In this document: one piece after another, positions 50,404 to 60,223 of the stretch | Layout of the letters: each line of letters opens with the position of its first letter | Position numbering within the stretch: the first letter of the stretch is position 1 | Source of the DNA: Alloprevotella sp. | GTDB taxonomy: Bacteria > Bacteroidota > Bacteroidia > Bacteroidales > Bacteroidaceae | NCBI GenBank assembly: GCA_045630125.1 | Contig: JAZQSL010000002.1 | Span: 160,914 to 224,913, forward strand | Direction of reading: 5' to 3' | Length of the DNA: 64,000 bases | Notes under the pieces: model-generated | The model's database searches: none | What the model was told of the DNA's origin: nothing | Seen by the model: only the letters and a program-made list of their open reading frames with translations | Made by a program: the position numbers and the translations under genes

Positions 50404-51759
50404 TTATTGTGGCCATCCCAATTTGCTGATTTGAGCAGCATAGGGGTCTTTTTGAGTCAAGAAACCGGCATATTGATTTTTGATATTACCGTCGTATGCC
50501 TTAAAAATATTGTTGGCAAACAGGATGTCTGTGATTTTGTTGTTTCTGACATAGTCCTTCATATTCCTTGTGAAATAGCGGTGGTCTATGACATGGATTT
50601 CTTCGAAAGAGTAGAACAAGAAACCTGGTATGAGGTTGCCAAAACTATCCTTAAGTATGATCAAGCGGCGCTTGTTCTTGGTGCCAGTTTGTACTTTGAC
50701 GATTTGGCAGTCTGAAGCCATGTAGGTACAGTAAGCACCGCCGCTACCATCTTTGTACTTCCAGAAGAAGGGACCTTTGCTTGCGGCGCGAACGCCTGTC
50801 ACCTTGTACTTCTTGTCTATATTGTAGCCGTAATAAGTCGTTTCGTAGTCGATATTTTGTGGAACGTAGTATACAAAATCTTCGGGAGCGCGCTTCAGAG
50901 CAATATCATTGGAATAACCATACATCGAACCGACGTAACCGCGTACAGCCTTGCGCTCATAACTGCTGAGGGGCTTGAATGGTACGCCTGCCACTTTTGC
51001 AAATTCTTCTGCTGCGTAGTAAGCGCCCAACGGTGCCCAGTGGTGGTCTGTACGCAAGTAGATAGGTTCTGCTGCGTGGTCGCCCAGGGCATTGTAGACG
51101 TTGACCTTCTTCACGCTATCGTCTAAGTGGGCAAAGATATTCTTGATGACAGGTAACTGGGGCTTTGAGAATTCCTTAGCCTTTTCTGGCAGATAATACT
51201 CTGTCGAGGTTGGGATGACTGTGCAATATACATTAACCTTGTCTCCAAAAGTCTTTTTATAGAGATTGGCCGCTTCAGCATAGCCAACACCACCCTTTTC
51301 GGTTCCACCAAATGCCATCAGAGCACGTACATTTTCGCCAGAGCCAATCACAACGATACCGCGGTTAGCAATTTTTGCCTTTTCGTCAGCGGTCACTTTG
51401 TTGTTGTATTCACCCAGTTCGCGACCTTGGTTGGCATTGTCCTCCTCGGGGACAGGTTGGTCTTTTGACGAGTGGAATGTGATTTGTTCTTCTTCTGAGA
51501 AACTGAAACGGAGCTTATCCTTGATGTTCATGCTCAGTAGCATCAGGGTGTCGCGGTATGGCTCAGTGTCGCTGAACCAAGCAGAGAGCTCTGTGGTGTA
51601 AGTCCCCTTGAACAATTTGTCGAAAGAGAATTTGGGGAGAGTAGCCAGCTCTCGCTTTTCTAATTGAGAGATGGTGCTACGTGGAAAGGTGTCGAAGACC
51701 AAAGTGAAAGCTCCGAAAAGCAGAGCTATTATAACTATGTATATGGTATGCTTGTTCAT
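50404..51759 (-). CDS. DHHW-family (AlgX/AlgJ/DltD-like) acyltransferase, membrane anchored
   Basis: N-terminal TM; EKRELA; YLRTDHHWAPLGAYY and LKDSFGN motifs. Confidence 0.85.
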   Translation of the reverse strand: MNKHTIYIVIIALLFGAFTLVFDTFPRSTISQLEKRELATLPKFSFDKLFKGTYTTELSAWFSDTEPYRDTLMLLSMNIKDKLRFSFSEEEQITFHSSKDQPVPEEDNANQGRELGEYNNKVTADEKAKIANRGIVVIGSGENVRALMAFGGTEKGGVGYAEAANLYKKTFGDKVNVYCTVIPTSTEYYLPEKAKEFSKPQLPVIKNIFAHLDDSVKKVNVYNALGDHAAEPIYLRTDHHWAPLGAYYAAEEFAKVAGVPFKPLSSYERKAVRGYVGSMYGYSNDIALKRAPEDFVYYVPQNIDYETTYYGYNIDKKYKVTGVRAASKGPFFWKYKDGSGGAYCTYMASDCQIVKVQTGTKNKRRLIILKDSFGNLIPGFLFYSFEEIHVIDHRYFTRNMKDYVRNNKITDILFANNIFKAYDGNIKNQYAGFLTQKDPYAAQISKLGWPQ

Positions 51760-51760
51760 A

Positions 51761-52825
51761 TTATTGTGTCAGATAAGCTTTGTACGAATTGATGGTTTTT
51801 GTCATGCAAGCGTGCGAGATGTTGTTTGCAAAGAGGATGTCGGTCACATTGTGTTCGGCAACGTATGCTTTCAGGTTTTTGGTGAAGTATCTACAGTCTA
51901 CGATGTGAATGTGCTCGAAGGAGTAGAATAGATACCCTGGGACTGCATTGCCGAAACTATCCTTCAAGATGAGCAGGCTTCTGCCATTCTTTGTATCAGT
52001 GTTGACGTGTACCAGCCTGTCGTCGCCACCGAAGAAAGTACAATAGGCTAATCTGCTACCATCAGGATATTTCAAGAAAAAGGGTTCTTCGCATGGTGCA
52101 CTTGCACTGATGACTTTGCGACGAGATTTGTCCAAAGTGTACTTGATGTATGTTGTGGTATATTCGATGTCCTTTGGTGTGTGATAGTAGAAAACCTCTG
52201 GATTTTTTCTAATAGAGGCATCTTTCGCAAATGTAGGCATCGTACCTACATAGTTTGACACACAGAGGGTGTCATAGTGGGAAAGGTCGCGAAAGGGGAG
52301 ATCGGCAACATGGGCAAACTGTTTTGCTGCATAGTAGGCGCCGAGTGCTGCCCAGTGGTGGTCTGTGCGCGAGTAAATGCCTTCGGCGGCATGTGTGCCG
52401 AGTGTAGTATAGATGTTGACAGGATTCACTTCCTTGTCCAAATGCTTAAAGATGGTTTCGATCGTCTTACCTTCGCTTCGAGTCCACTCCTTTGCACCAT
52501 CAGGGCAGTAGAATGCGCCTTGTGTGGGGATAGGCATCACGTAGATATTGACGTTGGGGAATTCCTTTTTGTAGAGGTTGGCCACTTGTGCATAGAGGGT
52601 GTCTCGTCCGCCGCCACCGCTCCATGGGCTGAATGCTCTCAGGCTGTCGCCCTTGCCTGCGATGATGATATTTCCGGCTGGTGCTTTGCGCACAGTGGCT
52701 GTGGCATTGACCTGATTGATGTATTCAGGGATTGGCGTAGTGTGCCAATCTATTTGTGCGACAGTCGTGCTCGGTGCGAGAAGGCAGAGCAGAGTCGCTA
52801 GGGCGAATGTATAAATGTTTCTCAT
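51761..52825 (-). CDS. DHHW-family acyltransferase, signal peptide
   Basis: YSRTDHHWAALGAYY and LKDSFGN motifs; paralog of the neighbouring gene. Confidence 0.85.
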   Translation of the reverse strand: MRNIYTFALATLLCLLAPSTTVAQIDWHTTPIPEYINQVNATATVRKAPAGNIIIAGKGDSLRAFSPWSGGGGRDTLYAQVANLYKKEFPNVNIYVMPIPTQGAFYCPDGAKEWTRSEGKTIETIFKHLDKEVNPVNIYTTLGTHAAEGIYSRTDHHWAALGAYYAAKQFAHVADLPFRDLSHYDTLCVSNYVGTMPTFAKDASIRKNPEVFYYHTPKDIEYTTTYIKYTLDKSRRKVISASAPCEEPFFLKYPDGSRLAYCTFFGGDDRLVHVNTDTKNGRSLLILKDSFGNAVPGYLFYSFEHIHIVDCRYFTKNLKAYVAEHNVTDILFANNISHACMTKTINSYKAYLTQ

Positions 52826-52831
52826 GGCTGA

Positions 52832-54277
52832 TTAGAATCTGGTGTAGATGAAAGCATTGTTTGTGGCGCCAACGAGCAGAGCTACACTCAGTATCAGGAG
52901 TGCCGCCGAGATGACTACTCGTGTTGTGGTGGCAACGACTTCGCCATATTTCTCGTTGTTGGCAAAGGCGCGTTGGTAGACTTTGTTGACAGTGTCGTAG
53001 ACTGGCAGACAGAAGACTAGTGCTACGACCCACAACCAGAAATTGTCTGTGATAGCAGTCTGACTGAGCAGGTCGAATCCCTTGCTTGCATTGCCAAAGA
53101 ATGAACGGAAGAATATTTGCATCTTGCCGAAATCTTCAAAATAGAAGATTCCCCAACCGATAGTGACGAGTAGCAGGCTGTATAGGTGTAGGAAAAAGGC
53201 AGGGATGCGTCCTTTCCAGCGCAGGATGGTATACTTTTCCAGCATCACGATCACGCCGAAGTAGACACCCCAAATGATGAAGTTCCAACTAGCACCGTGC
53301 CACATACCGGTGAGGAACCACACGGTCATGATGTTCAATGCCTGGTGGCGACGATTACCGCCCATGGGGATATAGACGTAGTCGCGGAAGAAACTACCCA
53401 GCGACATGTGCCATCTGCGCCAGAAATCGGTGATCGAATTGCAACAATAGGGGTGGTTGAAGTTCTCGTTGAAGTGGAAACCCAAGCAGCGGCCCATACC
53501 GATGGCCATGTCGGAGTAACCAGAGAAGTCAAAGAAGATCTGCAATGCGAAAGCCAGGATTCCGACCCAAGCGCCCGAGGTAGACAGGTCGTTCAGGCCA
53601 TTCGCTAGGAACTGATCAGCGATAGTAGAGAACTGGTTTGCCAGAATCACCTTCTTGCCCAAACCGATCAGGAAGCGATACGAGCCATCTGCAAAGTCTG
53701 CGGCAGTGACGCGTCTGTTGGAAATCTCGGCAGCCACGGTGTTGTAGCGCACGATAGGGCCGGCGATCAATTGGGGGAACATCGAGATATAAAGCAATAA
53801 GCCGAAGAAGTTCTTTTGTGCTGGAGACTCCTTGCGATAGACGTCTATCAGGTATGATATAGATTGGAATGTGTAGAAACTGATACCGATGGGTAGCGAG
53901 ATCTTAGGGTCGGCCACTGTGATACCTATTGATGTCAGTGTTTGGGCAAAGAAGCCTGCATATTTGAATGTGCCGAGAATAAGTAGGTTGCAGATCAGAC
54001 CTACTACCAGTGCTACCTTCCTCTTTTGCTCTTGTTTGTCGATGACGCGGCCGGCGATAAAGTTGATGACAACGCTACCCAGCATCAAGAATACATAGAC
54101 GGGTTCGCCCCAAGCGTAGAAGATCAGGGAGAAGGCTACCAAGATGCTGTTCTTGGCCAGGTTGCTTTGCTCCAGTGGGGTCGAGAAAAACTTTTTGTCC
54201 AACCATCCTGCCAACAGATAGCACAGGGCAAAGGAGGGAAGGAATACGAATAGGAAAAATAGATCAGAAAAAACCAT
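52832..54277 (-). CDS. MBOAT family O-acyltransferase (AlgI/DltB/PatA-like)
   Basis: LPIGISFYTFQ, FPQLIAGPI, DFSGYSDMAIG, FWRRWHMSL and GMWHGA motifs. Confidence 0.95.
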   Translation of the reverse strand: MVFSDLFFLFVFLPSFALCYLLAGWLDKKFFSTPLEQSNLAKNSILVAFSLIFYAWGEPVYVFLMLGSVVINFIAGRVIDKQEQKRKVALVVGLICNLLILGTFKYAGFFAQTLTSIGITVADPKISLPIGISFYTFQSISYLIDVYRKESPAQKNFFGLLLYISMFPQLIAGPIVRYNTVAAEISNRRVTAADFADGSYRFLIGLGKKVILANQFSTIADQFLANGLNDLSTSGAWVGILAFALQIFFDFSGYSDMAIGMGRCLGFHFNENFNHPYCCNSITDFWRRWHMSLGSFFRDYVYIPMGGNRRHQALNIMTVWFLTGMWHGASWNFIIWGVYFGVIVMLEKYTILRWKGRIPAFFLHLYSLLLVTIGWGIFYFEDFGKMQIFFRSFFGNASKGFDLLSQTAITDNFWLWVVALVFCLPVYDTVNKVYQRAFANNEKYGEVVATTTRVVISAALLILSVALLVGATNNAFIYTRF

Positions 54278-54352
54278 GTAATTCGTTTTTGCTATTTTGA
54301 CGAGCGCGACTCGTCGTTTTTATGATTGATAGTGTAAATTCGGTATTGGGTG

Positions 54353-55216
54353 TTAGAAATAGAGCATCGCTGCTACCTGGCGTGCCACGTAGCGGCCGTT
54401 TCTGCGCGCTCCGGCTTCGTTGGTGTGTGTGCCGTCATAGGTGAATTTGTTCTTCACCTTCTCGCGTGGGCGATACAGACTGCTACCGCCGTCCATACGC
54501 ACAAGGCCTACGCTCAACCATTTTGCACATTCTGCGATAGTGTCAGCTGTGCGCAGGATTTCTGTAGTCGGAACAGCTGCGGCCTGCATGGGGGTGAGTA
54601 GTATGATTTGAGCATCGGGAAAGGCTTGTATCAGCAATTCGCAGTTGTATCGGATAGATTCGGTCAGCGAAGTGATGGTGTTGACCTTACGGTCGGTGAT
54701 GAATTTGTCTTGTATGCTGAATGCTTGTGCCGCGCTTTTGTCAAAGACTCCCGGACGGCGCTTCTGAAACCACGCATCGTTTGTGCCAGCGGCGATGATG
54801 ATCAGGTCGGGGGTAACTTGTTCGCCCGCCTTGACCGCAGCTTTCAGTCGTTCCACTTGATTGTAGATCACATTGTCATCGCCCAGGATGCCGATGTTTT
54901 CCTCGCGATTCAGCTTGGTGCGTATGGTGTTGGTCCAGGTGGCTCCGCTGCGAGCATAACTGCGACATGATGCAGGCTGCAAGGCTTCTGCAAACCATTT
55001 GTTCCACCCGAGTGGCTGGTCGCACTGGTCTCCACCGATGGCGGTCTCGGAATCGCCTAGCAGGACTACGTGTAGATTTGAGTAGTCGTTTATTGCTGGT
55101 AGGCTGTCTACAACATAGCAGTCGGAGTAAGCCATAGGCGACGGCGTGAGTAAAGCCTTTGCCATCTGTGGCAGATGCAATGCGAATAATGTCAATAGAA
55201 TGTGCAAATAGTGCAT
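54353..55216 (-). CDS. SGNH/GDSL hydrolase
   Basis: LLGDS, AGTND and DGTH motifs; likely start is the ATG at 55216; -7 box TACCTTTG at 55323-55330. Confidence 0.85.
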   Translation of the reverse strand: MHYLHILLTLFALHLPQMAKALLTPSPMAYSDCYVVDSLPAINDYSNLHVVLLGDSETAIGGDQCDQPLGWNKWFAEALQPASCRSYARSGATWTNTIRTKLNREENIGILGDDNVIYNQVERLKAAVKAGEQVTPDLIIIAAGTNDAWFQKRRPGVFDKSAAQAFSIQDKFITDRKVNTITSLTESIRYNCELLIQAFPDAQIILLTPMQAAAVPTTEILRTADTIAECAKWLSVGLVRMDGGSSLYRPREKVKNKFTYDGTHTNEAGARRNGRYVARQVAAMLYF

Positions 55217-55393
55217 TTGTGGTTCGGTTTTGTCAACAAAACAATGGGGAAACACGGTTTGGTGTCCCCTTTTACTCTACTCGATGACAGTGTCAATAGT
55301 ATGGTGCTCAATTTAAGCGCTGCAAAGGTACAAAAAAACAGTGATATGTCACTGCTGTCTCTTGCTCTTTGTTTGGTTGTCGTAGGGGTAAAA

Positions 55394-55478
55394 AAATAAA
55401 GTCTTGGTTTTTTGAAAATATCCAAGACTTTTTTTGAAAAAGGTTAGACTTTTTTTTAACGAGCCGTTGCAAAGTTTT
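55394..55478. repeat. 21-bp-module array, copy 8 (A-A-A-B)
   Basis: Cores gtcttgg, ccaagac and ggttagac, then aacgagccgttgcaaagtttt. Confidence 0.9.
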
Positions 55479-55499
55479 GATAACTAAAAATGCTGGAGA

Positions 55500-56114
55500 T
55501 CAAAAGTCAAATCCAAACAAATCTTCCTCGGGCAACAACGTAAATGTGCGACGGTGTATCGGGGTGATGCCGTGCTTGATGATGCCCTCGCGGTGAGCTT
55601 TGGTGGGATAACCTGCATTCTTGTCCCACGCATAGTGGGGATAGAGTTGATGCTGCGCCATCATGTAGTCGTCACGATAGGTCTTCGCCAAAATACTCGC
55701 CGCTGCGATGCTCAGATATTTACCATCGCCTTTCACCACCGTTTGCGAGGGGATCTTTTCATAAGGCTTAAACCTATTGCCATCTATTATAATAAATTCG
55801 GGACGTACACTCAGCGCATCAAGAGCACGGTGCATCGCCAAAATCGAGGCGTTCAGAATGTTGATGCGGTCGATTTCTTCTGCCGTCACTACACCCAGTG
55901 CCCACGCTACGGCATCTCGTTCGATTTCTTCGCGCAAGGCATAACGCCGTTTGGCGGATAGTTGTTTCGAATCGTTCAGTCGTTCGTTTTTATAGTCGGG
56001 CGGCAAGATCACGGCAGCGGCATATACACTACCGGCCAGGCATCCGCGCCCAGCCTCGTCGCATCCTGCTTCGATCCAACCCTTGTCGTTGAAAATAGGT
56101 GAAAGTTCGGGCAT
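55500..56114 (-). CDS. rnhB: Ribonuclease HII
   Basis: GCDEAGRG, LNDSKQL and SIAAASILAK motifs. Confidence 0.97.
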   Translation of the reverse strand: MPELSPIFNDKGWIEAGCDEAGRGCLAGSVYAAAVILPPDYKNERLNDSKQLSAKRRYALREEIERDAVAWALGVVTAEEIDRINILNASILAMHRALDALSVRPEFIIIDGNRFKPYEKIPSQTVVKGDGKYLSIAAASILAKTYRDDYMMAQHQLYPHYAWDKNAGYPTKAHREGIIKHGITPIHRRTFTLLPEEDLFGFDF

Positions 56115-56124
56115 GCTGTGTCTA

Positions 56125-56442
56125 TTAGATAACTACAGCAGTGCCGCTGCATGTCACCATCAGCATAGAACCGCTTGAACCTACAGTCTCGTAGTCAAAG
56201 TCGATGCCCACGATTGCGTTGGCGCCGAGCGCTTGTGCACGAGATGTGAGTTCTTGAAGCGCCGCGTCCTTGGCTTCGCGCAGCACTTGTTCATAAGCAT
56301 TAGAACGTCCGCCGACAAGATCGCGAATACCTGCCATAAAATCCTTGAAGACGTTGGCGCCGATGATTGTTTCGCTGGTCACTACGCCCAAATATTGACG
56401 TACGGGATAACCTTCGATAGTTGGTGTGGTTGTGAGTATCAT
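56125..56442 (-). CDS. YbjQ/UPF0145 heavy-metal-binding family protein
   Basis: [27 protein letters not shown] and GTAV motifs. Confidence 0.92.
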   Translation of the reverse strand: MILTTTPTIEGYPVRQYLGVVTSETIIGANVFKDFMAGIRDLVGGRSNAYEQVLREAKDAALQELTSRAQALGANAIVGIDFDYETVGSSGSMLMVTCSGTAVVI

Positions 56443-56490
56443 AATTTTTTTGTTTAAGTGGGTAAATTCAAAAAAAGATAAAGCTAAAGG

Positions 56491-57717
56491 TCAAAACATC
56501 TTTTGTACTCTGCGCAAAGCGGCGATGAATGCGTCAATTTCCTCCTTAGTGTTATACAAAGCAAAGGATACGCGCGCCATGCCCTCTACGCCGAAGCGCT
56601 GCATCACGGGTTGTGCACAGTGATGACCAGTGCGGATGGCTACGCCCAGACGGTCGAGCAATGTGCCAAGGTCTAGGTGATGGATGCCTTCGATATTGAA
56701 AGAGATGACGGCATCTTTTTTATCGGATTCACCGTAGATTTTCATACCTTCAACGGTTCGCATTTGCTCCATAGCATAATGTAGCAACTCGTCCTCATAT
56801 CGTGCGATATTGTCCATGCCGATTTTCTCCAGATAGTCGATGGCTATGGCCAGAGCATGACTGCCTACATAGTCGGGCGTACCGGCTTCAAATTTGTAGG
56901 GCAAATCTTCGTACGTGGTCTTCTCAAAACTGACGGTCTTGATCATTTCTCCGCCGCCCTGGTAGGGTGGCATTTGCGACAATAGACTTTCTTTGCCGTA
57001 GAGTACACCAATTCCTGTGGGACCGTACATTTTGTGACCGCTGAATACGAGGAAATCGCAATCCATCTGCTCTACGTTGATGGGCATGTGGGGTACGCTC
57101 TGCGCGCCGTCGACAATAATCAAACAACCCTTATCGTGCGCAATTTTTGCCATTTCATCGACAGGATTGATCGTACCAAGGACGTTGCTGACGTGTGCTA
57201 CGCTGACCAATTTAGTGCGTTCGGTGAAAAGTTTCTCGTACTCGTCGAGCAGCAGGTCTCCTTTGTCGTCCACGGGGATAACCTTCAGTACAATTCCCTT
57301 ACGATCGCGCAACATTTGCCAAGGCACAATGTTTGAATGGTGTTCCATCGTTGAGATGATAACTTCGTCTCCTTCGCCGAGCAACCATTCTCCGAGAGAA
57401 AAAGCCAGTAGGTTGAGACTCTCTGTTGTACCTCGGGTGAAAACAATCTCCTTTTCGTGATGCGCACCGATGAATTCTTTCACGCGGATACGGGCAGCTT
57501 CGTGCAACTCGGTGGCTTGTTGCGACAGATAGTGTACACCGCGATGCACATTGGCGTTTAGGTTGTAGTATTCGTCGGCAATGGCGTCGACCACGCACTT
57601 TGGTTTCTGCGTAGTGGCAGCATTGTCCAGGTAAACCAGGGGACGATTGTAAATCTGTCTGCCCAGGATAGGGAAGTCGGCGCGAATTTGTTCGATATTT
57701 TGAGAAATTGGATTCAT
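56491..57717 (-). CDS. sufS: Cysteine desulfurase SufS
   Basis: YLDNAATTQKP, EHHSNIVPW, SGHKMYGPTG and RTGHHCA motifs. Confidence 0.96.
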   Translation of the reverse strand: MNPISQNIEQIRADFPILGRQIYNRPLVYLDNAATTQKPKCVVDAIADEYYNLNANVHRGVHYLSQQATELHEAARIRVKEFIGAHHEKEIVFTRGTTESLNLLAFSLGEWLLGEGDEVIISTMEHHSNIVPWQMLRDRKGIVLKVIPVDDKGDLLLDEYEKLFTERTKLVSVAHVSNVLGTINPVDEMAKIAHDKGCLIIVDGAQSVPHMPINVEQMDCDFLVFSGHKMYGPTGIGVLYGKESLLSQMPPYQGGGEMIKTVSFEKTTYEDLPYKFEAGTPDYVGSHALAIAIDYLEKIGMDNIARYEDELLHYAMEQMRTVEGMKIYGESDKKDAVISFNIEGIHHLDLGTLLDRLGVAIRTGHHCAQPVMQRFGVEGMARVSFALYNTKEEIDAFIAALRRVQKMF

Positions 57718-57873
57718 ATTCAAATGTAGTGCGCACGAGACGGCGTGTGATTCTATGAGAAAGTTGTCTATTAACTAAAAGGTCTTTTGGCTAAGTCATC
57801 ACGATATGGATATTTTTATCCACTCGTAGTAAAAAGGTAAAAAGGCGAAATAGAAAAGCAAAAAAGTGCCGTT

Positions 57874-59217
57874 TCATCGGCACATTTTGCATCCTTGACA
57901 AGGCGAGAGTTCGCCTCGGAAACGCATCTCAACGAGGTGTGTCAATCTGTCGCGGAGTTGTTCCATCTTGACGTGATTCAGCACTTCGTTGACAAAGGCT
58001 TGTTGCAACAGCAAACGGGCTTCTTGCTCGGCAATACCACGTTGGCGCATGTAGAATAGAGCATTTTCGTCCATCTTCCCAATGCTTGAACCATGGTTGC
58101 ATTTAACGTCGTCCGCATAAATCTCTAGCATGGGTTGAGTCAATACACGTGCTTCGGGCGAAGCGAGAAGATTGGCGTTGATCTGCTCTGATAGACTCTT
58201 TTGAGCATCTTTTCGCACCAACACCTTGCCTGTAAATGCGCAGGTGCTCTTACCATTCACCACATATTTGTAGAGCATTTCGCTGGTGCATTGTGGTACG
58301 GCGTGGTCTACTAATAAATAGTTGTCCACCTTTTCTTCTGCATCCGTCATTAGGGCTCCGCGTGCTTCTATCTTGGCATTTTCGCCCAATAAGCGGAACT
58401 CTGCGCGATTGCGAGTCTTGCCGTTGGTCAGAGTGACGTTTGTGTATGAAATATGGCTTTCTGCTGCTTGTTCGGTGTAGAGATTGCTGAAACGGGTGTT
58501 GGTAGATTTCGTTTCCTCAATACTATAAATATCCAACAGAGCATGTGGCGCGGCGAATACTTCGACAACTTGTGTAGACAAGTGATTTTGTTCGCCCTCG
58601 GCGTGGTCGCAGAGCAAAATGCTGCCTTGTGCGCCCTCTTCCACAACGACCAAGATGCGGCGATTCATCATCAAATCGTTTTTTGCCGCCGATACGTTGA
58701 CAATTTGTATAGGCTTTTTCAGCTGTACCCCTTTAGAAATATGTACCAGGATACCATCTTGTGCTAAAAGTGTATTGATTGCAGCAATTCCATCATAGTT
58801 TTTGCCAGCGGCACGATGATAAAATTTTGCGATGAAATCGGGATTTTTCGCCGCAGCCTGACATAATGTTTCCACCACGACGCCTTCGGGCAATGGTGCA
58901 GCATGTCCTTCGCTCGGCATCACGACATCGTTCACCACGAAGTAGAGCCATGTGCTCAGATTGGGTACTGCGCAGCGGTAGGTCTGATAGGGATCGATGG
59001 CAGGAACGGCGCGATTCAAATTGACGCCGTAATCAGGAACCAATGCCGCTTCGACGTCGGTATAGAGATACTCCTCGTTGCGTTTTGTAGGCAGACCATG
59101 CTTTTCGAGTAGAGCTAATTGCTCCTCGCGCAAAGCATTGAGTGGTGCACAACTGCCCGCGGCGATCCTTTGCTTTTCGGCGTGATATAATTGCAGGTAT
59201 TGTTCAAGGCTACTCAT
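57874..59217 (-). CDS. sufD: Fe-S cluster assembly protein SufD
   Basis: PMLEIYADDVKCNHG and LFYMRQRGI motifs. Confidence 0.94.
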   Translation of the reverse strand: MSSLEQYLQLYHAEKQRIAAGSCAPLNALREEQLALLEKHGLPTKRNEEYLYTDVEAALVPDYGVNLNRAVPAIDPYQTYRCAVPNLSTWLYFVVNDVVMPSEGHAAPLPEGVVVETLCQAAAKNPDFIAKFYHRAAGKNYDGIAAINTLLAQDGILVHISKGVQLKKPIQIVNVSAAKNDLMMNRRILVVVEEGAQGSILLCDHAEGEQNHLSTQVVEVFAAPHALLDIYSIEETKSTNTRFSNLYTEQAAESHISYTNVTLTNGKTRNRAEFRLLGENAKIEARGALMTDAEEKVDNYLLVDHAVPQCTSEMLYKYVVNGKSTCAFTGKVLVRKDAQKSLSEQINANLLASPEARVLTQPMLEIYADDVKCNHGSSIGKMDENALFYMRQRGIAEQEARLLLQQAFVNEVLNHVKMEQLRDRLTHLVEMRFRGELSPCQGCKMCR

Positions 59218-59226
59218 AGCGGCGCA

Positions 59227-59976
59227 TTATTTGAGTTCTTCCTTAATCCAATCAAATCCCTTTTCTTCGATAGCATAACCTAGCGAAGCGTCACCTTCTT
59301 TGACAATTTGTCCGTTTACCAAGACATGTACAAAATCAGGCTTGAGATAGTCCAGCATGCGCTGATAGTGTGTGATGACCATCGCTGATGTCTGTGGAGT
59401 GCGGAGCAGGTTGAAACCCTCTGCCACAATGCGCAGAGCATCTACGTCAAGTCCAGAGTCTGTTTCGTCAAGGATGCTGAATTTTGGTTCAAGCACAGCC
59501 ATCTGGAAGATCTCATTGCGTTTGCGCTCGCCGCCGGAAAATCCTTCGTTCACGCCGCGGCTCATAAAGTGTGCGTCGAGTCCTACGAGTTTTCTCTTTT
59601 CCTTGAGCATTTTCAAGAAGTCTCCTGCGGCAATAGGTTCTTCGCCAAAATATTTGCGTTTGGCATTTACAGCCGCACGCAGGAAGTTGGTCATTGATAC
59701 GCCGGGGATTTCGATGGGTGCCTGGAATGACATGAAGATACCCTCGTGCGAACGATCTTCGGGCGAGAGTTCGAGCAAATCCTTGCCATTGAATGTGATG
59801 CTACCCTCTGTGACGGTATATTTAGGATTGCCCACCAGGACGTGGCTCAAAGTACTTTTACCCGAACCGTTGGGTCCCATCAATACGTGCACTTCGCCGT
59901 CGCCAATGGTCAGATTGACGCCCTTTAATATTTCTTTGCCTTCGACCGAGGCATGTAGGTTTTTGATTTCTAACAT
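59227..59976 (-). CDS. sufC: Fe-S cluster assembly ATPase SufC
   Basis: MGPNGSGKST, NEGFSGGERKRNEI and DETDSGLD motifs; likely start is the ATG at 59976; own -7 box at 60031-60038. Confidence 0.96.
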   Translation of the reverse strand: MLEIKNLHASVEGKEILKGVNLTIGDGEVHVLMGPNGSGKSTLSHVLVGNPKYTVTEGSITFNGKDLLELSPEDRSHEGIFMSFQAPIEIPGVSMTNFLRAAVNAKRKYFGEEPIAAGDFLKMLKEKRKLVGLDAHFMSRGVNEGFSGGERKRNEIFQMAVLEPKFSILDETDSGLDVDALRIVAEGFNLLRTPQTSAMVITHYQRMLDYLKPDFVHVLVNGQIVKEGDASLGYAIEEKGFDWIKEELK

Positions 59977-60116
59977 AGCGTTTGTGTTCAAGTTTAGAGC
60001 AAGTTTTTCGACTCACTTGCTTTGTTGTTGCAAAGATAAAACTTTTTTTTTATCCGCTATGATTAGTAGAGTCCTTGATTTGGCTTCGTACGTGGTAAAA
60101 GACTTAAAACGTATGA

Positions 60117-60191
60117 TTAAAAACCATTTCCATTGGTCAACTCCTTGAAAGCTGATACAATGATCCATATAATAACGAGAACTTCAAACAT
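60117..60191 (-). CDS. Putative 24-aa hydrophobic small protein MFEVLVIIWIIVSAFKELTNGNGF
   Basis: ATG preceded by AAAGGAGGAAAT; single TM-like stretch; directly downstream of the 94-aa gene. Confidence 0.5.
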   Translation of the reverse strand: MFEVLVIIWIIVSAFKELTNGNGF

Positions 60192-60223
60192 ATTTCCTCC
60201 TTTTTTAAGTTGTGTTGAATAAA

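Noticed and set aside
2169-55478. The arrays as CRISPR arrays or iterons
   Set aside because: There are no unique spacers, the repeats are degenerate and abutting, and no cas or rep gene is present.
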